Shown in pieces: positions 50,187 through 57,614 of a stretch of DNA of 64,000 bases. Position 1 is the first letter of the stretch; every line of letters begins with the position of its first letter. A program made the position numbers and the translations under genes. A model generated the notes under the pieces. That model did no database searches. It was given only the letters and a program-made list of their open reading frames with translations, and had not been told where the DNA came from. The stretch is from Terrimicrobiaceae bacterium (GTDB lineage: Bacteria; Verrucomicrobiota; Verrucomicrobiia; Chthoniobacterales; Terrimicrobiaceae), in assembly GCA_041752695.1 (NCBI GenBank), contig JBGSVZ010000104.1, positions 1 to 64,000 on the forward strand, given 5' to 3'.

Positions 50187-50600
50187 ATGACGTTCCGCCT
50201 TGCCTTCCTGCTGGCCACTCTCCTGGCGCTGGCCGGCTGCGAAAGTGTCCGGGATTTTAACACCGAACGGTACTCGCGCAATAATGCGCTCGGCACAGCC
50301 TGGTTGTCCGACCAGATGTTCCCGCCGGAGATCTCGGTGGCGGGTAATTGGAAGTCCTCCATCTGGGGCAAAGCTTTCCTCGTGCAAACCGACAATAAAG
50401 TGCGGGGCAATCTGGGCGATTATCCGGTGGAAGGCGTCGTCAGTGGAAAAAAGGCCTACCTCCTCGTCAGTCAGGGCGGGTGGTTTTATTACAGCGTCGT
50501 CCTGGAGATGCCCGCCCCCAATATCCTGATCGGCTATTACTCACGCTCGGTTCCCTACGAGGTCAACAAACGCGTGGACATGCGGCTTGATCGACTTTGA
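50187..50600 (+). CDS. Lipoprotein, paralog B
   Basis: Lipobox LAGC; paralog of the preceding gene. Confidence 0.78.
   Translation: MTFRLAFLLATLLALAGCESVRDFNTERYSRNNALGTAWLSDQMFPPEISVAGNWKSSIWGKAFLVQTDNKVRGNLGDYPVEGVVSGKKAYLLVSQGGWFYYSVVLEMPAPNILIGYYSRSVPYEVNKRVDMRLDRL
50387..50599 (+). repeat. 213-bp direct repeat, copy 1 (3' half of lipoprotein B)
   Basis: Aligns ungapped to 51909-52121 with 8 mismatches by manual comparison. Confidence 0.95.
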
Positions 50601-51808
50601 GAACCCTTCGGGTTTTTATTGGGGTTGCGATTGCGATCAGCTTGAGCTTCTCGGCCTGTGACGCCGGGGAGGCACGACTTTATGGTGTCTTGCAAGGTAG
50701 TCTGGAAAACGCCGACGCCGGCCGCAAGGCGGGATGGAATGTCGCGGTGATTTCCCTGGCCTGGGACGCCTTCGAACCCTCACCCGGCAAAATCAACGAA
50801 GAAGCCGTCCATCGCGCGGCCAGAGAGGCGCAGGAGTTTCGCAAGCACGGCTATCGACTCCAGCTCGATCTCGGTTTGCAATATCCGCCGGCCTGGGTTT
50901 TCGACCTCCCTCATGCGTATTATCGCAACCAATATGGCGTAGAGTTTCTCAGCACCGAGCCCGGGAAAAAAATTCCCAACTATGTTTTTAACGCCGCTGT
51001 GCGCGACCGCCTGGCCGGCTATATGGAACAGGTATTTGCCCGACTCGGCACCGATTGGGATTGGGTGCGGCTCGGAGGGGGATTTTACGGCGAGGTGAAT
51101 TTTCCCCAGCATACCTTCGGTGGGCGGCAGAACTGTTATTGGGCTTTTGATGCCCTTGCCCAGGGCCAGGAAACTGGTTTGCCCGAGGGATTGAAGCCAT
51201 GCCCCGTCCCGGGTTGGATTCCCGGCACGGCATCTCCGGACAATCAACATGCCCGGCAATTTCTGGATTGGTATCACGGAGCGCTGCAAAACTACCACGA
51301 TTGGCAGATCACCACCGTCCGCCGGTGGTATCCCGGCGACCTCTGCATGCTCTACGGCTCCTGGGGCATCCGCCCCGGTTGGAACGAGGCCGCCATTCAA
51401 ACCCACCTTGATGGCTCCTCCCCTGCCGAAAATAACGGCGAGATTTCCACGGGCTACGATTGGGCCCGGATGATCCCCGGCATCCAGGATCCGAAGGTGA
51501 TCGTCTATTGCACCTGGATCGACGCGCCACCGAAGGACTGTGATGACGACGGGAAAAATCCGGCACACTGGAGCCCTGTTCACTGGCAGTCCTCCCTCGC
51601 TGACGCGCATCCGCTCAAACTTCGCAAATGGGGGGAAAATACCGGACGCGGCAACCTCGCCGCCATGACCACCACTTTCGCACGTATCAACCGCTACAAA
51701 TTGATGGGTGTTCTCTGGGCCTTCGAACCAGAATTGTTTGCCACCCCCAACCCAGATGGCTTGGCAACTTTTGCCGACTTCGCGGATTTTATCCGGCAGA
51801 ATCCCTGA
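50597..51808 (+). CDS. Secreted glycoside hydrolase, GH42/beta-galactosidase-like TIM barrel
   Basis: W..FEP.PG, YPPAW, NQYG, GE..FP and WGENT; TTG start overlaps the upstream stop. Confidence 0.65.
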   Translation: MRTLRVFIGVAIAISLSFSACDAGEARLYGVLQGSLENADAGRKAGWNVAVISLAWDAFEPSPGKINEEAVHRAAREAQEFRKHGYRLQLDLGLQYPPAWVFDLPHAYYRNQYGVEFLSTEPGKKIPNYVFNAAVRDRLAGYMEQVFARLGTDWDWVRLGGGFYGEVNFPQHTFGGRQNCYWAFDALAQGQETGLPEGLKPCPVPGWIPGTASPDNQHARQFLDWYHGALQNYHDWQITTVRRWYPGDLCMLYGSWGIRPGWNEAAIQTHLDGSSPAENNGEISTGYDWARMIPGIQDPKVIVYCTWIDAPPKDCDDDGKNPAHWSPVHWQSSLADAHPLKLRKWGENTGRGNLAAMTTTFARINRYKLMGVLWAFEPELFATPNPDGLATFADFADFIRQNP

Positions 51809-51822
51809 ACTGCCGAATTCTA

Positions 51823-51865
51823 TTTGCGTAAAACCATAAACATATCTTCATATGTTTATATATTC
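51823..51865 (+). promoter_or_regulatory. Orphan copy of the metH upstream promoter/operator element
   Basis: 36/43 identical, ungapped, to 57551-57593; contains the perfect inverted repeat ATAAACATAT-N4-ATATGTTTAT. Confidence 0.75.
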
Positions 51866-51908
51866 CTAACGCGCAGAAACCGCAAGGCCGGGCTGAGTCT
51901 CCATCGCC

Positions 51909-52121
51909 AACCGACAGTAAAGTGCGGGGCAATCTGGGCGATTATCCGGTCGAAGGCGTCGTCAGTGGAAAAAAGGCCTACCTCCTCGTCAGTCAGGGCG
52001 GGTGGTTTTATTACCGCGTCGTCCTGGAGATGCCTGCCCCCAATATCCTGATCGGCTACTGCTCACGCTCGGTTCCCTACGAGGTCAACAAACGCGTGGA
52101 CATGCGGCTCGATCGCCTTTG
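51909..52121 (+). pseudogene. 5'-truncated copy of lipoprotein B (direct repeat copy 2)
   Basis: Lacks the signal peptide/lipobox half and the original stop codon (TGA becomes TGC). Confidence 0.85.
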
Positions 52122-52135
52122 CAACGGCTCCCAGG

Positions 52136-53503
52136 CTAGGGGGAAACCGTCCGGTAAAATCGGCGGGCGGGTCCGGTCGCCGCTGTTTCCGACCAATCGA
52201 AGGTCCCGCCCGGGTTGGGCTGGGTGAAGACCGTCGTCCAACCGACGAGATCGGGAGAGAATTCAATGCGGCAGGCCTGCCCGGCATCTGCTGAGACGGT
52301 CAACTGCAGTGCTCCTTCCGCATTCCACACGAGGCCCGAGATGGGGTTTCGGCCTGGGACAGGAGGGCGGCGTGCTCCAAAAAATTGCAGCGTTTTGTTC
52401 CCGTATTCGCTGAAGAATCCATGGCCACTGTAGCAGCAAACGAGCTGGTCCAGGATTGCGGCGATGAAGCGGGGAGGAAGCAGCAGCCCCGCTTGCCAGC
52501 CGCTGGTGTTCGGATCCGCCAGCAAAAATCCCCCGGCGTCGAGGTACCCCCGGTCGTTCAAACTCGCAAAAATCAATTGCGCGTCCGCCTCGGTCAGCCC
52601 GGGAATGCGAAGGAAACGCCGCGCGTGGACGGGCGAGGGCGGGTGTTCGCGGATTTCCCCCGCGATCGACCGCGCCGTGAGTTTCGCCAGTCGCGACTCC
52701 GCACCTTGCAGGAAATTCGGATGCTCGAAAAGGTTGTCGTTCCGGGCAAGATTCCAAAGCGTCGGAACCGTCGTGACCTCGAACACCTGTTGGGGCGCGC
52801 CGGACGAGCACCAGATGGCGCAGGCGTTAAAGTTCAGCCAGTAGGCGGGCCTCGGAGCGAAGCCGCCTCCGTTGGACATGCCGACCGAGAACCGAGGCGT
52901 GTCGCTGGTGATGAGCTCCAGCCCGACCAGGTAGTTGATGGCCCCCTGCACGCGGACAACGTCCACATTGTCGCTCAAGGTGCTGGCATCCCACTGCTTG
53001 TTGATCCGGTCCGTGCTGTCGAGCGCCGCCACGGCGTATCCGGCGGCGACCGCATCGCGCAGGAAGGACACGTTCTCCACATTGTTGCCGAACCATCCGG
53101 ATGCCGAGCCGCCGCCCCCGTGAAATACAAATATCACGCCGACGGGATTGGGGGGGACGGCATAAATCAGTCTCACCGCATTGGGATCGGACTCGGGCAG
53201 ACCATTAAGAACGGCGGATGTCGGCGTCCAGACGGGCGCCGGTTTATAAGTGGCATTAAGGGTGGCGGGGGCCGCGGGCATCACCACCGTCGTATGCCAG
53301 GCGTAGGGGTCGGCCAGGATCTGGGTGTCGCCCGTCCAACGATCAAAGACCGTGGATTCCGGCGGGGGATCAGCCCAAACGTGATTCGTCGATCCCGTCG
53401 CCAGCGAGGCGCCGAGAGCACCACTGTTCACGGTCAAACTTTGCGCGCCGAGGGACCCCACCAAGGCACAGAACAGGAGGCCAATGGCTGCGAGATTTGT
53501 CAT
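52136..53503 (-). CDS. Secreted alpha/beta hydrolase with N-terminal B-repeat-like and C-terminal accessory domains
   Basis: Signal peptide, F.RWTGD...V.MP...L.ATY, FHGGGG, GMSNGG nucleophile and IE.S.DL..W C-terminus. Confidence 0.75.
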   Translation of the reverse strand: MTNLAAIGLLFCALVGSLGAQSLTVNSGALGASLATGSTNHVWADPPPESTVFDRWTGDTQILADPYAWHTTVVMPAAPATLNATYKPAPVWTPTSAVLNGLPESDPNAVRLIYAVPPNPVGVIFVFHGGGGSASGWFGNNVENVSFLRDAVAAGYAVAALDSTDRINKQWDASTLSDNVDVVRVQGAINYLVGLELITSDTPRFSVGMSNGGGFAPRPAYWLNFNACAIWCSSGAPQQVFEVTTVPTLWNLARNDNLFEHPNFLQGAESRLAKLTARSIAGEIREHPPSPVHARRFLRIPGLTEADAQLIFASLNDRGYLDAGGFLLADPNTSGWQAGLLLPPRFIAAILDQLVCCYSGHGFFSEYGNKTLQFFGARRPPVPGRNPISGLVWNAEGALQLTVSADAGQACRIEFSPDLVGWTTVFTQPNPGGTFDWSETAATGPARRFYRTVSP

Positions 53504-53596
53504 GGAGTGGGGGTCGAAAAAGCGAACCTGTGGGTAAGGTAGTGGACATCCGGGAATTTGCAAATTCGCCCGGGTTTCCCATCTCCCGCCAGATGG

Positions 53597-55636
53597 TTAT
53601 TTCGTCGCAAAATCCCACACTCCGCTCCAGTCCGGCGGCGGCGGATTCGCCTGAAAATCCTCACATCGCTGCCGGAACAGCGCCGACACGCCGGGTGCCA
53701 GACCCGCCCGGGACAGTTCGTCAAACGCCCCGGCCGCCTCCTCAAATTTTCCCTCCCGATACTTTTCGCGAGCCTCCTCAAAAGCGTCGGCCCACGGATC
53801 CGGCTCATTCCCCGGATACGGAAAATACAAAGACTCCGACTTCTGTCGTCCCTTCACTCGCACCACATCCACCAACAAAAGCTGGCATTCCCCGCGCAGG
53901 CTCTCGGCCATCCGGCCATCGACCAAAATGTCGCACACGTAGATCCGGGTGAGCCCCTCGATGCGCGCGGCAAGGTTCACGGTGTCGCCGATTGCCGTGA
54001 GGTCCATTTTTTCCTGGCAGCCAATGTTGCCGAAAACCACCGGGCCCTGCGTGATCCCGATCCCGGCCTGCCAGGGCGTGCCTCCCCCACGCCGGGAGTT
54101 GATCGCGGCTAGCCTTGTCCGCATTTCAAAGGCCGCCCGCACGGCGTGTCGAGCATCTTCCCGGGGACCGCCGGATTCCAGCGCCCCCCAAGTCGCCATG
54201 AGCGCGTCCCCCATGAACTTGTCCAGCGTGCCGCGTTTTTGAAAAACCACTGCCACCATGTCGCCAAAATATTCGTTGAGCAACGCGACCATCTCGCCGG
54301 GGTCCATCGTTTCGGAGTCCGCCGTGAATCCCTGGAGGTCGGAAAACATCGTGACGATTTCCTTGCGCTGTCCGCCAAGGGTCTGGAGGTAGGACGCCGG
54401 ATTGTCCACCAGCTCCTTCACCATGTCCTTCGAAACATAGCGTTCCAGCGCCCCGCGCAACCGCGCCCGCTCCCGACGCTCCAGGGTGGCGTCACAGGCC
54501 AGCACCAGGAACCCACAGACCAGCCACGTCACGAGGGGCGGGGCGGCCGGGAGGAACCAAGAAAAAAAGACCAACGCGACCAGGCAGGTCAGTCCCCAAA
54601 AAAGCGCCCCCGTCACCAGCCAGAGCAAAAACCACAAGGGGCTCCGGCGCAGCGTCGCCAGGAGCAAAACGCCCACCGCCGCGGCCAAAATCGAAGCGAC
54701 CGCCACCCAGGGTCCGCTGCTTTTCAACCACCCGTCCCGCAACATCGCCGCCAGAATGTGGAGCTGAATCTCCGGCCCGGAAAGTCGTCTGAAGGGCGTG
54801 AGATGATAATCCTTGAGCCCCTCCGCCGTCGCACCAATGAGCACCACGCGGTCACGAAAGATGTCCCAGTTGCGCGAACGGGACTTCCAATAACCGGGCA
54901 CAAACAATTCCTGCAAAGAGATTGTCGGAACCTCCCGGGGTTTGGAGTAGCGGAACCGGAGAGGTTTGGTGATTTCCGAAGGAAATGGTTTTCCCAGCCG
55001 CGACGCCGCCACGGTTGTCAGCGCAGGCTCCACCGTTTCCCCCTCCCAGGGAACCTCCCCGCGAAACCCCGAAATGGTGGAATACGGCAGGACATGCCGG
55101 ATCTCATTGCGCTCCGGCAGGCTGGCAAAACCAACTCCATCCCCCGCCGCGGCTGCCAGCACGGCCGTGGGCTTCCGATAAGTTTCTCCGTCAAATTGGG
55201 CCCCCAGCACAAACCGGTCGGGGTGCTCGCGCAGCAGTTCCGCGAATTTTTCATCCCCCTCCTTGGGCCCGGGATAGACCATGTCGAAAATCACCAGCTT
55301 CGCGCCCGCCTCCAGCAGCTTCCTGCCCGCCAGCGCATATACTTCCCGTGACCAGGGAAATCCCTCCCTCATCAACTGCAACGCCCGCGATTCCGCAATT
55401 TCCTCCGGCTCCAATGCGTCCAGACTCAGGGAGGCATCATCCAGAGCCACCAGCAGAAAATCCGCAGGCAGAGGCTCCCGCGTTGTCTCGCGCAGCAAAC
55501 GGTCCTGCAGGCGCAGATTGAGGTCGGAAACAAAGGGCGTGCGCGGATTGACCGTGAGCACCAGCACGACCGCCGTGCCCACCGCCACACAAAGAGCCTG
55601 CCATCGAAATCGCAGGGAACCCGGGGCAAGGCGCAT
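53597..55636 (-). CDS. CHASE2-domain class III adenylate cyclase
   Basis: CHASE2 (D..S, PW.R, GATA...D...TP, G.EI), 3 TM segments, FSDLQGFT, DKFMGDA and GDTVNLAARIE. Confidence 0.93.
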   Translation of the reverse strand: MRLAPGSLRFRWQALCVAVGTAVVLVLTVNPRTPFVSDLNLRLQDRLLRETTREPLPADFLLVALDDASLSLDALEPEEIAESRALQLMREGFPWSREVYALAGRKLLEAGAKLVIFDMVYPGPKEGDEKFAELLREHPDRFVLGAQFDGETYRKPTAVLAAAAGDGVGFASLPERNEIRHVLPYSTISGFRGEVPWEGETVEPALTTVAASRLGKPFPSEITKPLRFRYSKPREVPTISLQELFVPGYWKSRSRNWDIFRDRVVLIGATAEGLKDYHLTPFRRLSGPEIQLHILAAMLRDGWLKSSGPWVAVASILAAAVGVLLLATLRRSPLWFLLWLVTGALFWGLTCLVALVFFSWFLPAAPPLVTWLVCGFLVLACDATLERRERARLRGALERYVSKDMVKELVDNPASYLQTLGGQRKEIVTMFSDLQGFTADSETMDPGEMVALLNEYFGDMVAVVFQKRGTLDKFMGDALMATWGALESGGPREDARHAVRAAFEMRTRLAAINSRRGGGTPWQAGIGITQGPVVFGNIGCQEKMDLTAIGDTVNLAARIEGLTRIYVCDILVDGRMAESLRGECQLLLVDVVRVKGRQKSESLYFPYPGNEPDPWADAFEEAREKYREGKFEEAAGAFDELSRAGLAPGVSALFRQRCEDFQANPPPPDWSGVWDFATK

Positions 55637-55727
55637 GTACCCAGAGGAACCTGCCCGGCCCCGGATTGCAAGCCGCCTGAGGGCAATCCGCTTGACTCCC
55701 GGCCGGAATGCGCTGGAATTTCCCACG

Positions 55728-56660
55728 GTGCACAAAAAATCCCTCATCTTCGTCACCCTTGCCCTGTGTCTGGGCGGACAAGGTCTCTTCGCGCAGTCCG
55801 CCGCCCGCCGCACGAATGCCGCCACCAGCGCCGCCCAAAACGTGGACCGCCTGCAATCCGCGACGACCTCTGCGACAGGAGCCAGTTCGGTGCAGGCCGA
55901 CGCGGATCTTGGCGAACAACAGACCCTGGAATCCCGCACCGGCGCACTCGGGCTTTATGGCTCGGCGGAGACCGGGCTTTTTTACACCTCCAACGCCCAG
56001 CTCACCCCCAGCGGGGGCGGCGGGGATATGTATTTTTTCGCACGCGCCGCGGGCGGCCTGCGGCCTCATCTGGGCGGGGGGTTGTATCTCGACGGGTTTG
56101 TCGCGCAGGAGGTGTTTGAATACGCCCGTTTTTCCGACCTCGACTTCCTCAAGTTCAGCGCAGGCGGCGGACTGGACTACGTCATCCCCGGCACAAACGG
56201 CCTAGTGGCTTCGGTCAAATACAAATACGAACGTTTCCTCGATTCCGGCAGCTTTGACGAGTTTTACGTCAACAACGCGCTCGACGTGGGACTGGCCAAG
56301 GAATTTGTCCTCAACGACATCCAGGCCATCCAGGTCGGCTGGAAATCGTCGTTTTCCCTCTTTGCCGAACCCGATTTTGTCCGACGCGACGAACACAGCT
56401 TTTGGGTCGGCTGGCGGTGGCGGATCGTCGAGCCACTGGAACTCCAGCTTTATAATTTCCTCTCCCTCTATTATTATCCCAACATGTCCGGACGTGTCGA
56501 TGTGACCAATTACTCGGGGGCCTCGCTCAACCTGGCGCTGACGAGTTGGGCACAAATTTCCGCCTCGGCTGGCTTTGCGGTGAACTCCTCGAACCAGTCG
56601 ATTTTCAACTACACCGCCGCCAACGTCGGCGGCACCCTGAGCCTCAACGTGAGTTTCTAA
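55728..56660 (+). CDS. Outer-membrane beta-barrel protein (hypothetical)
   Basis: GTG start, signal peptide, alternating aromatic beta-strands and C-terminal LNVSF. Confidence 0.7.
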   Translation: MHKKSLIFVTLALCLGGQGLFAQSAARRTNAATSAAQNVDRLQSATTSATGASSVQADADLGEQQTLESRTGALGLYGSAETGLFYTSNAQLTPSGGGGDMYFFARAAGGLRPHLGGGLYLDGFVAQEVFEYARFSDLDFLKFSAGGGLDYVIPGTNGLVASVKYKYERFLDSGSFDEFYVNNALDVGLAKEFVLNDIQAIQVGWKSSFSLFAEPDFVRRDEHSFWVGWRWRIVEPLELQLYNFLSLYYYPNMSGRVDVTNYSGASLNLALTSWAQISASAGFAVNSSNQSIFNYTAANVGGTLSLNVSF

Positions 56661-57518
56661 ATGAAAACCCGTCTGTTGCTTTTTACCATCGCCCTGGCCG
56701 CACAGGGGCTCCACGCGGCCCCATTTGAAGAGGCCACCGTCACCCGCGTCGTGAATGAGGTGGACCTGCTTCGCCCGGATCGCAAACCGGAAAAAGCCTC
56801 CGTCGGCACCGAAGTCCGCGGCAGCACCGCCGTGCGCACGGGCGCGGAGTCCCGCACCGAACTGCGGTTCCCCGACGACACCATTACGCGTCTAGGCGCT
56901 AATGCCCTTTTTCGTTTCGAGGCCGGATCACGCAGCATGACCCTCGATCAGGGCACCATCCTGTTCTCCCCGGCGAAAGGAGCCGGTGGCGGCGAGGTGC
57001 AGATGGGGGCCGTGACCGCCGCAGTCGCCGGAACCACCTTCCTCGGCAGCCATATCCCCAAGGAAGAAATCAAAGTCATCGTGCTGGAGGGCAAGGTGAA
57101 GGTCCTCTGGAAAGGTTTCCTGCTCGGCGTGCGTGTCCTCAAGCCGGGCGAGATGTTCCAGCTGCCGCTGAAAACCCCCAACGCCCGCGGCACCGTCTCG
57201 CGGCTGGAACTGCGCAAACTCCTGGCCACCAGTCGCCTGCTGGAATCTGGCGGATTTACCAAGCTGCCCAAGATGGCCGACGTCCTCGGCGCGGCCGGAC
57301 GGCAGCCCCTGCCGCTCAAAAAGATCGCCAATCCGCCGGTCAATGGCCCGCTCCAAGCCCAAACAGCCCGACGCACGGAAGAGGTTGTCCGTGTCCCCCG
57401 ACCCGACAAAGTGCCCGGGCCTCGTCCCGTCATCCGTCCGCCCGCGAAGCTGCCCGTCCCGATTCCCCGCAGAAACCTTCCTTTTCCCCGGCCCACGCCA
57501 CCGCCGGACCTTTCGTAA
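56661..57518 (+). CDS. FecR-domain protein with Pro-rich tail
   Basis: RTGAESRTEL.F.D.T..RLG.N, L.QG, AAV.GT.F and VLEG.V. Confidence 0.88.
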   Translation: MKTRLLLFTIALAAQGLHAAPFEEATVTRVVNEVDLLRPDRKPEKASVGTEVRGSTAVRTGAESRTELRFPDDTITRLGANALFRFEAGSRSMTLDQGTILFSPAKGAGGGEVQMGAVTAAVAGTTFLGSHIPKEEIKVIVLEGKVKVLWKGFLLGVRVLKPGEMFQLPLKTPNARGTVSRLELRKLLATSRLLESGGFTKLPKMADVLGAAGRQPLPLKKIANPPVNGPLQAQTARRTEEVVRVPRPDKVPGPRPVIRPPAKLPVPIPRRNLPFPRPTPPPDLS

Positions 57519-57550
57519 AATCTCCGAACTCGCAGTCTTCGCAGCTTTTG

Positions 57551-57593
57551 TTTGCGAAAAATTATAAACATATCTATATATGTTAATATGTTC
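57551..57593 (+). promoter_or_regulatory. Putative metH promoter with overlapping palindromic operator
   Basis: TTGCGA-17bp-TATATA overlapped by ATAAACATAT-N4-ATATGTTAAT, ending 21 bp before the metH ATG. Confidence 0.65.
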
Positions 57594-57614
57594 TTCAGGC
57601 ATGCCCCAAAAGAA

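Noticed and set aside
51866..51908. Possible SAM or SAH riboswitch after the orphan metH-like promoter
   Set aside because: No SAM-I/II/V or SAH consensus elements could be matched by eye.
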